A stretch of DNA of 64,000 nt, taken from NCBI GenBank assembly GCA_045046865.1, contig JASFYW010000028.1, positions 31,930 to 95,929 on the forward strand, in the 5' to 3' direction. Made by a program: the position numbers and the translations under genes. This DNA is from Woeseiaceae bacterium (GTDB lineage Bacteria; Pseudomonadota; Gammaproteobacteria; UBA6429; Thiohalophilaceae). The notes below the pieces were generated by a model that did not search any database, had not been told where the DNA came from, and saw only the letters and a list, made by a program, of their open reading frames with translations. Of the stretch, positions 40,071 to 49,631 are shown in pieces (position 1 is the first letter of the stretch; the number at the start of each line of letters is the position of its first letter).

Positions 40071-41324
40071 ATGCAAAAACTTCTCATTATTGGCTATGTC
40101 TGGCCTGAACCAAACTCATCAGCTGCTGGCAGTAGAATGATGCAGTTGATAGAAATTTTCCACCAATTCGATTTTAAAGTTCACTATGCCTCTCCCGCAG
40201 CACACAGTGAGCATATGGTTGATCTTAAATCCTTAAACATAGAACAAAAGTCTATTGAGTTAAATAACAGTAGTTTTGATGACTATGTAAAAGCCTTAAC
40301 ACCTGATGTGGTGTTATTTGATCGATTTATGATGGAAGAGCAATTCTCGTGGCGTGTGGATAAACATTGTCCCAGTGCAGTGAAATTGCTTGAAACGGTA
40401 GATTTACATTGTTTACGCCATGCAAGGCATGAAGCGGTTAAAAAAGAATATGATGCCAATGATTTTTCAAAGCTAGAATTAAATAATGACATTGCATTGC
40501 GAGAAGTGGCGAGTATTTTACGTTGTGATATGAGCTTAATTATTTCGACTGTAGAAATTGATGTTTTGGTCACATATTTTAATGTCGATACAGCATTATT
40601 GCTCTTTCTGCCGTTTATGTATGAAAGCATATCTCCCTCAGACATAACTGAAAATCATTTATCCTTTAGTGAACGAGAACATTTTGTCACGATCGGTAAT
40701 TTTCGTCATGCACCAAACTGGGATTCTGTTTTATATTTAAAAAATACTATTTGGCCAGAAATTAGAAAAAAATTAAAACAGGCTGAATTGCATATTTACG
40801 GTTCTTATCCACCCAAAAAGGCGCAGCAGCTACACAATGAAAAACAAGGTTTTTATATAAAAGGCTGGGCGGATGATGCCTTGGAAACACTGGGCAAATA
40901 TCGAGTCTGTTTGTCTCCACTACGGTTTGGTGCCGGCATGAAAGGTAAACTCGCCGATGCCATGTTGAGTGGTACGCCGAGTGTCACTACTTCGATTGGC
41001 GCGGAGTCCATGAAGGGAGATAATGAATGGCCAGGTTTTATTCGTGACGAAGAAGAGGGAATAGTGAGTGCGGCTATTGAGCTATATGCTAATGAAAGCC
41101 TATGGCAAGAAAAGCAAAACTGCATTTTACCGATTGTGAATAATCTTTTTAATAAACAAAAATATCAATCAGTCTTTGTTAATCGACTCAATGAATTATT
41201 GTCTTCACTAGAGGAACACAGAAATAAAAACTTCACTGGCAGAATGCTACGCCACCACACAATGAAAAGTGCTATGTATATGTCGCAATGGATTGAAGCT
41301 AAAAATACGATAAAAAATAACTAA
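40071..41324 (+). CDS. GT-B fold glycosyltransferase (family 1/4-like)
   Basis: 417 aa. The C-terminal half (GWADDA...RVCLSPLRFGAGMKGKLADAMLSGTPSVTTSIGAE) resembles the nucleotide-sugar-binding half of GT1/GT4 enzymes. The acceptor is unknown. Confidence 0.6.
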   Translation: MQKLLIIGYVWPEPNSSAAGSRMMQLIEIFHQFDFKVHYASPAAHSEHMVDLKSLNIEQKSIELNNSSFDDYVKALTPDVVLFDRFMMEEQFSWRVDKHCPSAVKLLETVDLHCLRHARHEAVKKEYDANDFSKLELNNDIALREVASILRCDMSLIISTVEIDVLVTYFNVDTALLLFLPFMYESISPSDITENHLSFSEREHFVTIGNFRHAPNWDSVLYLKNTIWPEIRKKLKQAELHIYGSYPPKKAQQLHNEKQGFYIKGWADDALETLGKYRVCLSPLRFGAGMKGKLADAMLSGTPSVTTSIGAESMKGDNEWPGFIRDEEEGIVSAAIELYANESLWQEKQNCILPIVNNLFNKQKYQSVFVNRLNELLSSLEEHRNKNFTGRMLRHHTMKSAMYMSQWIEAKNTIKNN

Positions 41325-41377
41325 GCCTTTACCTAGAGATAATATTATTCAGATTATTGCTGCTGTAGTATATTTTT

Positions 41378-42196
41378 CTATTTTTGAATAATATAAACAT
41401 CATACCTCGTCTTTTTACTTTCTACCGCATAGGTCGGTTTTAGTTCTGATAAGTTTTTTGCGCCTTTTGGTCTTTTGACCACAACACGTTTTTTTGCAAC
41501 CTTAAGTGCGACATTGAGTAGTTCTTGTGTATCTTCATCTTTACCTAATAGCTTTTGTAATATCTGCATGTTCTTTTTGACAGAAGCTGATTTTTTCTTA
41601 TCCGGATACATCGGATCCAAATAAATTACTTCTGGGTATATAACATCAGGATCAATCATCTCTAGAGCATCTGTTTCTAATAATGTTTTATTAGCGAGCT
41701 CAGTTAAGTATTCAATACTACTTTGGTTGATAACATTAAATCCGGTTTCTAAAATTGTTTTAAAGTGTCCATCCTCTTCTGAGCGATGAATGGCATCTTT
41801 TATTAATTCAACAATAATGGGTGAGCGTTCTATTAATGTCATAGAGCAACCAAGGCATGCAAGTACGTAAGCATCTTTGGCTAAACCAGCTGTGGCATCT
41901 AATACGCTTGGTGGTGGTGACCCTTGTTTTAAGCCGATGGCTTTGGCTATGCTTTGTCCTCTACCGCCACCGTATTTTTGCCGATGCGCGAGATCGCCTG
42001 AAATGAAATCGATATGAATACTGATGTTTTTCTCGTGATCACAGAGCTCAACAAAATCATGTGTGTAGTTTAGGTTTATTGGAGTTGTCACTTCATTTTT
42101 TGGTACTAAAGGGTAACCTGCGCTCTTTGCGAAATTTCCTGCCTTTTCTTTTAGGTCATCAGAAGTATAGGAAATAGAGATAGGTGACTTATTCAT
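41378..42196 (-). CDS. rsmJ: 16S rRNA (guanine1516-N2)-methyltransferase RsmJ (YhiQ)
   Basis: 272 aa, colinear with E. coli RsmJ (HRQKYGGGRGQ, VLDATAGLAKDAYVLA, YLDPMYPDKKKSA, VVVKRP). Confidence 0.9.
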   Translation of the reverse strand: MNKSPISISYTSDDLKEKAGNFAKSAGYPLVPKNEVTTPINLNYTHDFVELCDHEKNISIHIDFISGDLAHRQKYGGGRGQSIAKAIGLKQGSPPPSVLDATAGLAKDAYVLACLGCSMTLIERSPIIVELIKDAIHRSEEDGHFKTILETGFNVINQSSIEYLTELANKTLLETDALEMIDPDVIYPEVIYLDPMYPDKKKSASVKKNMQILQKLLGKDEDTQELLNVALKVAKKRVVVKRPKGAKNLSELKPTYAVESKKTRYDVYIIQK

Positions 42197-42292
42197 ATAA
42201 TGAATTGTAATATTAATTAGTACAATTGTGTATGATTATGAGGGTAGGTTAAATATAGAACTAGATTAATTAATCATTATCTTTGATTTGAA

Positions 42293-44989
42293 TTGGAGAA
42301 TAACGTGGTGATAAAGCAAGATTTAAAACCGCATACATTATCAAGTGATAATATCCTGGATGGTCTCTCATCTAGTCATCACGGTTTAAGTTTGGCTGAG
42401 GCTAAACATCGCCTACAGCAATATGGCTTAAACACACTGCCAAAATTAAAACAAGCCGGTTTAGTTCAGGTGTTTTTTCGTCAATTTTCTAGTCCCTTAA
42501 TTTATGTTCTTTTTGCAGCCGCGAGCTTGTCATTATTTATCCGTGAATGGTCTGATGCAGGTTTTATTTTCGCCGTCTTATTGATCAATGCCATTATCGG
42601 TACAACACAGGAATTCTCTGCCCAACAAGCTGCTGCAGCATTACAAGATTTAGTTAAAACCCGATCACGTATTTTGCGCGCAGGCGAGAGTTATGAAATA
42701 GATTCAGAAGAACTTGTTCCCGGTGATATTGTGTTGCTGGAATCTGGCGATCGCGTGCCTGCGGATATGCGATTATTAAAATCAAACAACTTGCAAATTG
42801 ATGAGTCTCTTTTAACAGGAGAATCATTAGCGGTGACTAAACAAGCTGATGTCATTCTCAATGATGATACGATTTTAGCTGAACGAAAAAATATGGTTTT
42901 TGCTGGCAGTTTGGTGGTGTTAGGGCGTGCGCATGCGGTTGTTGTCAATACGGCATTATCAACAGAGCTAGGAAACATTGCTACATCCGTTTTAGGTAAA
43001 TCATCGAGTAAAGCACCACTTCTGGTTCGTATGGAAAAATTTACGCATCGTATCGCAATGATAGTGGGTATTGCTGCCATTATCATGTCAGTGGTTGCAT
43101 TAATGCGTGGTATGCCTATTGATGAAGTATTTTTATTAGCGGTGGCATTAGCAGTATCGGCAATACCAGAAGGTTTGCCTGTGGCATTAACGGTTGCTCT
43201 AGCTGTGGGTATGCGACGTATGGCAAAACGTCATGTCATTGTACAAAAGCTTGTTGCAGTCGAAGCTTTGGGTTCATGCACTTATATCGCTACTGATAAA
43301 ACCGGCACATTAACCGTTAATCAACTTACCGTGCAACGAATCGTATTACCCAATAATGACGTTTGGAATGTTAGCGGTGAAGGTATTGTTCCTGAAGGAA
43401 AAATACTAAAAGGGAATAACCCCCTATCAATAGAAGAAAATATTTTATTAAAAAGAATTTGTCATGCTGCTGTGTTACCTAATGAGGCATTTTTAGGACT
43501 TCGTGATAATAGTTGGACGGTGCATGGTGATCCTATGGATATAGCCTTGCTTGTTTTGGCTCATAAATCGGGTCTTGTTAAAGATGATATAAAAGAATTC
43601 TTTTCAGAAACCGCTATGATTCCTTTTGAATCCGAACATCAATTTGCCGCAAGTTTAAATAAAATGGATGCGTCGTCTTATGTATCTGTAAAAGGAGCTT
43701 ATGAAAAGTTACTGCCTATGTGCAGTCACATGGCCAATAGTACAAATGATGAAGTAATCGATTTAGAACTCATTAACCGACAAGCAGAAGAACTTGCTGC
43801 ACAAGGTTATCGGGTTTTGGCTTTAGCCTCTGGCGAAGTGAAAAAAGAAAATGTTTTTCTAGAAAACTCATTAAATAATCTTACTTTTCTTGCTTTAGTC
43901 GGTGTGATTGATCCTTTACGTAGCGAAGCAAAAGCAGCGGTTATTGCATGTAAACAAGCGGGCATAGAAGTAGCAATGGTGACAGGTGATCATCCTGTTA
44001 CTGCCTTTGCTATCGCACGTGAACTAGGTTTAGCGGATGATCAGAAACAGGTTGTGACAGGTTCAGAACTTAAGCATGCAAATAAAAATACTAATGAGTT
44101 TGATGCATTAGTATCGAGTGCAAGAGTCTTTGCACGCGTTGAACCAACACAAAAACTGAATATCATTAATTCATTACAAAGAATTGGTCATTTTGTTGCC
44201 GCAACAGGTGATGGTGCAAATGATGCTCCTGCTTTAAAAGCGGCAGAAGTCGGTGTGGCAATGGGTAAGTATGGTACCGATATTGCTCGTGAATCGTCTG
44301 AACTTATTATTACCGATGACAATTTTTCTTCAATTGTCGCAGGTATTGAAGAAGGACGTGTTGCTTATAACAATGTACGAAAAGTGATATTTCTTCTTAT
44401 TTCAACGGGTGCTGCTGAGATTGTTTTATTCACCTTGGCCTTATTCAGTGGTTTACCACTGCCTTTACTTGCAGTGCAACTGTTGTGGTTAAACTTGGTA
44501 ACTAATGGTATTCAGGATGTTGCTCTAGCTTTTGAACCTGCGGAAGGTGATGAGTTAAAGAGTCCTCCTCGTTCACCAAAGGAAGGTATTTTTAACAAGA
44601 TAATGATTGAGCGAGTACTGTTATCATCATTAGTTATTGGCGTTGTCGCCTTTTTTGTATTTCAGTATTTATATGAGCAAGGGCATGGCTTAGATGCTGC
44701 TAGAAATGGAACGCTGTTATTAATGGTTTTATTTGAAAATATTCATGTATTTAACAGTCGTTCAGAAACACGATCTGTTTTTACCCATAATCCATTGCGT
44801 AACCATTTTTTATTATTTGGTACGATGGCTGCACAACTTATACATATCGGTGCAATGTATACGCCGTGGATAAGTGATGTACTACGTATTCAGCCTGTAT
44901 CACTTGATTATTGGTTGGATATGTTACTTATTTCGATAACAGTTTTGATTGTAATGGAAGGGCATAAATTATTACGTCGATATTATTGA
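42293..44989 (+). CDS. P-type cation-transporting ATPase (P2/P3-like; Ca2+/Mg2+-type)
   Basis: 898 aa with TGES, the phosphorylation site DKTGTLT, TGDHPVTA, and GDGANDAPALK, plus ~10 TM helices. The start codon is non-ATG (TTG 42293, or GTG 42305). Confidence 0.9.
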   Translation: MENNVVIKQDLKPHTLSSDNILDGLSSSHHGLSLAEAKHRLQQYGLNTLPKLKQAGLVQVFFRQFSSPLIYVLFAAASLSLFIREWSDAGFIFAVLLINAIIGTTQEFSAQQAAAALQDLVKTRSRILRAGESYEIDSEELVPGDIVLLESGDRVPADMRLLKSNNLQIDESLLTGESLAVTKQADVILNDDTILAERKNMVFAGSLVVLGRAHAVVVNTALSTELGNIATSVLGKSSSKAPLLVRMEKFTHRIAMIVGIAAIIMSVVALMRGMPIDEVFLLAVALAVSAIPEGLPVALTVALAVGMRRMAKRHVIVQKLVAVEALGSCTYIATDKTGTLTVNQLTVQRIVLPNNDVWNVSGEGIVPEGKILKGNNPLSIEENILLKRICHAAVLPNEAFLGLRDNSWTVHGDPMDIALLVLAHKSGLVKDDIKEFFSETAMIPFESEHQFAASLNKMDASSYVSVKGAYEKLLPMCSHMANSTNDEVIDLELINRQAEELAAQGYRVLALASGEVKKENVFLENSLNNLTFLALVGVIDPLRSEAKAAVIACKQAGIEVAMVTGDHPVTAFAIARELGLADDQKQVVTGSELKHANKNTNEFDALVSSARVFARVEPTQKLNIINSLQRIGHFVAATGDGANDAPALKAAEVGVAMGKYGTDIARESSELIITDDNFSSIVAGIEEGRVAYNNVRKVIFLLISTGAAEIVLFTLALFSGLPLPLLAVQLLWLNLVTNGIQDVALAFEPAEGDELKSPPRSPKEGIFNKIMIERVLLSSLVIGVVAFFVFQYLYEQGHGLDAARNGTLLLMVLFENIHVFNSRSETRSVFTHNPLRNHFLLFGTMAAQLIHIGAMYTPWISDVLRIQPVSLDYWLDMLLISITVLIVMEGHKLLRRYY

Positions 44990-45029
44990 GCTTGATAGGT
45001 GTTGATTAGAACTGAATAATTAAAACAAA

Positions 45030-45060
45030 GGCTGTATTGAATTATCTAACCAATACAGCC
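45030..45060. terminator. hairpin terminator between convergent ATPase and deaD genes
   Basis: GGCTGTATTG - 11 nt - CAATACAGCC. On the minus strand it is followed by TTTGTTTT. Confidence 0.75.
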
Positions 45061-45074
45061 GTGTTTAAATTTTA

Positions 45075-46928
45075 TTAATCAGACTTCTTTTTACGTGGCT
45101 TATGCGCAGGTTCTTTTCTACGTTTACTTTTAGCGGGTGGACGATCGCCGTCTTTACGAGGTTTACGTTTAATCGTTTCACGTTTCTTTGTGACAGATTC
45201 TTCACCGTAAACAGAAATATTCAGCTTTTGTCCTGCAACACGCACGCTTTTTAGATCAGTGAAAATATCTTTTGGCATGCCTTCAGGTAAATCAATCGTA
45301 CTGTAGTCATCATTGATTTGGATACGACCCATGTGCTTACTATCAATACCAGCTTCATTCGCGATAGCGCCAACAATATTGCCCGGTTTAACACCATGAT
45401 CATGACCGACTTCTAAGCGGTAAGTTTGTAAACCTTCTTCTTTAACATGCTCACCACGATCACTGCGTTCACGGCGAGGGCGATGTTCGCTACTTTCACC
45501 ACGACCTTCACGATCACGACGTGAACCACGATCACGACCTTTACGGTCACCGCGACTATCATTACGATCACCACGATCTCTATTCGATTTCTGAGCAACG
45601 GGTGCATTTGATAAGAGTAACGGTTCGTCACCTTGTACCATTTTTGCTAATGCAGCAGCCACTTCAATGGCGGGAATATTATGTTCTGTCGTATATTTTT
45701 CAATAATACTGGCATAAAACTCTAAACCTTCGCTGGCAATATTATCACTGATATTTTGTGTAAAGCGCGCGATACGTTTGTTGTTAATCATTTCTGTGGA
45801 AGGCATTTCCAATATATCAATTTTTTGTTTGGTTGCCCGTTCAATTTGTTGCAGCATACGTTTTTCACGTGGCGCAACAAATAAAATTGCATCACCTTCA
45901 CGACCAGCACGACCGGTACGGCCAATACGGTGAACATAAGATTCAGTATCGTAAGGCACATCGTAATTGATTACGTGACTAATGCGCGGAACATCTAAAC
46001 CACGAGCCGCAACATCTGTAGCGATAAGAATATCAATTTTACTACGCTTTAAGTCATTAACCGTCTTTTCACGTTGGTTTTGTGCAATGTCACCATTAAT
46101 GGCAGCAGCAGAATAACCGCGTGCTTCGAGTTTATCTGCAAGCTCGGTTGTCGCATTTTTGGTGCGAACAAAAATAATAATAGCATCAAAGACTTCAGCT
46201 TCTAAGATACGGGTTAAGGCATCGAGCTTGTGATGACCACTGACCATCCAGTAACGTTGACGAATAGTTGAAGCCGTTGTGGTTTTGACCTTAATGAAAA
46301 TTTCTTTAGGGTTATCTAAATACTTTTTAGTGATTTTATGAATCTGCGTCGGCATGGTTGCAGAGAATAAAGCAATTTGGCGTTCTTCAGGAATTTGCTC
46401 CATCACCCATTCAACATCATCAATGAAACCCATTCGTAGCATTTCATCGGCTTCATCAAGCACTAATGTTTTTAAGTTATTAAGCTTGAGTGATTTACGA
46501 CGAATTAAATCCATCACACGTCCCGGCGTTCCTACTACGACATGTACACCTCGTTCAAGTTGACGAATTTGACCACGTGCATCTTGACCACCGTAAATCG
46601 GTAAGACATGAAAGCCTTTCATTTTAGCGCCGTACTTTTGGAATGCTTCAGCTACTTGAATAGCCAATTCTCGTGTTGGTGCAAGCACTAATACTTGCGG
46701 TGTTTTAACTTTAAGATCAATCCGAGAGAGAATAGGTAAAGCAAAGGCTGCTGTTTTACCTGTTCCTGTTTGAGCTTGTCCTAGCACATCTCGTCCATCC
46801 AAAACAAAGGGAATCATCTCAGCCTGAATGGGAGAAGGTGTTTCGTAGCCAATTGAAGTCAATGCTTCAAGCACGGGGGCAGATAGGCCAAGGTCGCTAA
46901 AAGAGGGCAAGCTGTCAGATTCAGACAT
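45075..46928 (-). CDS. deaD: cold-shock DEAD-box RNA helicase DeaD/CsdA
   Basis: Trimmed to ATG 46928 (MSESDSLPSFSDLGL). It has the Q-motif, AQTGTGKT, DEAD, SAT and HRIGRTGRAG, a DbpA-like C-terminal domain, and an Arg/Asp/Gly-rich tail. Confidence 0.93.
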   Translation of the reverse strand: MSESDSLPSFSDLGLSAPVLEALTSIGYETPSPIQAEMIPFVLDGRDVLGQAQTGTGKTAAFALPILSRIDLKVKTPQVLVLAPTRELAIQVAEAFQKYGAKMKGFHVLPIYGGQDARGQIRQLERGVHVVVGTPGRVMDLIRRKSLKLNNLKTLVLDEADEMLRMGFIDDVEWVMEQIPEERQIALFSATMPTQIHKITKKYLDNPKEIFIKVKTTTASTIRQRYWMVSGHHKLDALTRILEAEVFDAIIIFVRTKNATTELADKLEARGYSAAAINGDIAQNQREKTVNDLKRSKIDILIATDVAARGLDVPRISHVINYDVPYDTESYVHRIGRTGRAGREGDAILFVAPREKRMLQQIERATKQKIDILEMPSTEMINNKRIARFTQNISDNIASEGLEFYASIIEKYTTEHNIPAIEVAAALAKMVQGDEPLLLSNAPVAQKSNRDRGDRNDSRGDRKGRDRGSRRDREGRGESSEHRPRRERSDRGEHVKEEGLQTYRLEVGHDHGVKPGNIVGAIANEAGIDSKHMGRIQINDDYSTIDLPEGMPKDIFTDLKSVRVAGQKLNISVYGEESVTKKRETIKRKPRKDGDRPPAKSKRRKEPAHKPRKKKSD

Positions 46929-47099
46929 CGGATGTTCCTGTAAAATGGGGTTATGGCGAAATGCCAATTTAACCAGTCATATGACTAGTTTAGACGAGAA
47001 TAATGGTCGCGTATTATACTGTTTTAGCTGACAATTTACACCCAAATAAGATACTGTAGCGGTTATATTTAAGATGATTTAACAGTTGAATGCACTCTC

Positions 47100-47486
47100 A
47101 TGAGCCAAAAAGTCCTTTTTTCCATTATTGATACACCATTACACCCTAATTTTGTTGATTTGTACCACAGCCTAGGCTTAGAAAATGTGCAAATTCCGAC
47201 AATGCGTAAAGCCATCGCTCAACTAAAAAATCAAAAACCAGACTATGTAGTGGCCGAATTTCTGTATGGCTACGGCAGTAATTACGCCAGCGTGAATGTG
47301 AGCAACTTAGATGTGTTTTTACATAGTCTGCAAAAATATGCGCCAGAGGCAAAAGTGATTGTAATGCTAGAAATAGAAGAATTTAAGCATATCGAAAAAC
47401 TGGAAAATCTCTTTAAACTGCATGTTGTACTTAAGTACCCCATTTCAAAAGACAAAATGAAAGAAGCTTTAAGTTACGTAAAATAA
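47100..47486 (+). CDS. hypothetical protein, receiver-like (flavodoxin-fold) without canonical phospho-Asp
   Basis: 128 aa with an alternating beta/alpha pattern resembling CheY-like receivers. The expected acceptor position reads VVAEF. The assignment rests on pattern only. Confidence 0.4.
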   Translation: MSQKVLFSIIDTPLHPNFVDLYHSLGLENVQIPTMRKAIAQLKNQKPDYVVAEFLYGYGSNYASVNVSNLDVFLHSLQKYAPEAKVIVMLEIEEFKHIEKLENLFKLHVVLKYPISKDKMKEALSYVK

Positions 47487-47530
47487 TTTGCTGCTACTCA
47501 GTCACGACACGTTATATTTAAGGATACAAA

Positions 47531-47983
47531 ATGCAAATTTGGGTTGATGCCGATGCTTGTCCAAAAGTAGTCAAAGAAATTTTATTTCGCGTCGCAGATC
47601 GAGCAAAAATACAGGTCACCTTGGTGGCAAACCAAAGTTTAATCACACCTAAGTCAGCTTTTATTAAAAGTATTCGTGTTTCTGCGGGGTTTGATGTAGC
47701 TGATAATTATATTGTTGAAGAAATCCAAAAAGACGATTTAATTATTACAGCAGATATTCCTCTTGCTGCTGAGGTGATTGAAAAAGGTGGGCATGCTCTT
47801 AACCCCCGTGGAGAGCTATATTCAACCGAAACCATTAAGCAAAAGCTTGTTATGCGTGATTTAATGGATGAATTGAGAGGGACGGGTGAAGTAATAGGGG
47901 GCGGGCCTCCACCGCTTAATCAACGTGATAGGCGTGAATTTGCCAATCAGTTAGACCGCTTTGTTTCTAAGTGGCATAAATAG
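47531..47983 (+). CDS. yaiI: UPF0178/DUF188 protein YaiI
   Basis: 150 aa, colinear with E. coli YaiI ([43 protein letters not shown]). Confidence 0.92.
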   Translation: MQIWVDADACPKVVKEILFRVADRAKIQVTLVANQSLITPKSAFIKSIRVSAGFDVADNYIVEEIQKDDLIITADIPLAAEVIEKGGHALNPRGELYSTETIKQKLVMRDLMDELRGTGEVIGGGPPPLNQRDRREFANQLDRFVSKWHK

Positions 47984-48127
47984 TTATCTTCTAAACACCA
48001 TCCCCCCGATTTTCCCATCGTAAAGTCTATTAAATAAGATCATAAAAATAGCCTTATCATTAAAGTTTCTGTGTTGAGTGCCGATTATATAAGGTATCAA
48101 TTTTATAAACAGAAATTTACATCTATT

Positions 48128-49555
48128 ATGTCTGAGAATTTAGAAAACTGGATAGAGCGTATTAGTAACAATGAGTTACCAATATTTAAATATACGGTTC
48201 ATGCAATAAACGATGTTGTATCACAAGATGCTTCATCTACCTCTGATCTATCACAAATCATATTACGTGATGCTAATCTTACCGCTAGGGTTTTACGCGT
48301 TGCAAATAGCGCTGCTTACAATATTACTGGCTCGCAAATTAGTACCATCAGTCGTGCCATTGTTTATCTTGGGTTTAACCTTGTCCGCGATATTAGTATG
48401 TCTCTTGCCATTATTGATGCACTATTAAGTGGTGAGAAAAAAGAACATGCTTTAGGTTTGATGGCAGAATCCTTTCATGCCGCAGTTCAAGCTCGAGATT
48501 TTGCAGAAAGTCGCGGCGATGATGGAGCAGAAGAAGTATTTATTGCTGCGTTACTTAAAAATATAGGTGAAATAACATTCTGGTGTGTAGCCGGCGAAGA
48601 AGGTGCACAGATAAACGACCTTATGGAGACACAGGATTTTTCTCAAAAAATGGCGGAACAAGAAGTTCTAGATTTTACTTTAGAACAGCTAACCGTTGGC
48701 TTAACGCGTGATTGGCATTTAAGTGATTTGTTACACAGCGCGATTAATACGCCTACGCTGAATAATCCAAGAATAAAGGATATTGTTCTTGCAATAGAGC
48801 TCTCTAAAACTGCAACAAAAGGCTGGGCTGAGAAGGAGACTATAGCGGTTGCAAACAAAGTTGCCGATCATCTTAATGTTGAAAAAAATAAGATAGTTGA
48901 TTTATTAAAGACTAATGCAATAAAAGCAGCTGAAACAGCTAAACTTTTTGGTGCTTCTTCAATTATTAAATTTTTACCGATTGAAGAAGAAGAAACTAAT
49001 ACTAACGAGGTCGAGATTGGTTTTGATATTGCGTATCCTATTGCAGATCCGGTTTTGCAATTAAATATCCTTCGTGATCTTTCGGGCATGTTATTTGATA
49101 AGCCTGATTTTAATTTAATTCTTGAAATTGTCTTGGAAGGAATATACCGTGGCGTAGGACTTGATCGAGCTGTATTTGCGCTATTAACCGCAGATAAAAA
49201 AGCCATAAAAGCAAAGTATGCTTTAGGGAAAGATAGCCAAAAGTTCGCTAGCCAATTTCATTTTAGCTTACAAGTTAATAATGTTTTTCGTAAACTGGTT
49301 GATGCGAAAGAAGCTTTATGGGTTAAGGACACGCAATCAAATGATGTGGGGGATTTAGTGAGCCCAGAAATACGAAAGGTTTTGGCATGCCAAGCATTTT
49401 ACATTGCTCCTCTATTATTATCTGGGAGGGTAATTGGTTTACTTTATGCCGATAGACAACCCAGCAAACGAGATTTAGATAATGAAAGTTTTGAAAGTTT
49501 TAAACATTTTGCATATCAAGCTTGCCATGCTATGCAAGTTATTAATCCTCGTTGA
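48128..49555 (+). CDS. HDOD domain + GAF-like domain signalling protein, paralogue 1
   Basis: Trimmed to ATG 48128. The N-terminal half is HDOD-like (ILRDANLTARVLRVANSAAYN, AIVYLGFNLVRDISMSL). The C-terminal half is GAF-like (LILEIVLEGIYRGVGLDRAVFALL ... GRVIGLLYADRQ). Confidence 0.8.
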   Translation: MSENLENWIERISNNELPIFKYTVHAINDVVSQDASSTSDLSQIILRDANLTARVLRVANSAAYNITGSQISTISRAIVYLGFNLVRDISMSLAIIDALLSGEKKEHALGLMAESFHAAVQARDFAESRGDDGAEEVFIAALLKNIGEITFWCVAGEEGAQINDLMETQDFSQKMAEQEVLDFTLEQLTVGLTRDWHLSDLLHSAINTPTLNNPRIKDIVLAIELSKTATKGWAEKETIAVANKVADHLNVEKNKIVDLLKTNAIKAAETAKLFGASSIIKFLPIEEEETNTNEVEIGFDIAYPIADPVLQLNILRDLSGMLFDKPDFNLILEIVLEGIYRGVGLDRAVFALLTADKKAIKAKYALGKDSQKFASQFHFSLQVNNVFRKLVDAKEALWVKDTQSNDVGDLVSPEIRKVLACQAFYIAPLLLSGRVIGLLYADRQPSKRDLDNESFESFKHFAYQACHAMQVINPR

Positions 49556-49631
49556 AATGTTTTTAACTAAAGAATATTTTTGCCGGTTTTATTATGATTG
49601 GGAATTTTAATTTAAAAGTTACATACTAATT

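Noticed and set aside
45380-45640. Highly repetitive CGATCACGAC-type DNA, plus the two overlapping small ORFs 45413..45631 (-) and 45521..45706 (+).
   Set aside because: This is the Arg/Asp/Gly-rich low-complexity C-terminal tail of DeaD. The small ORFs are alternative frames of that repeat.
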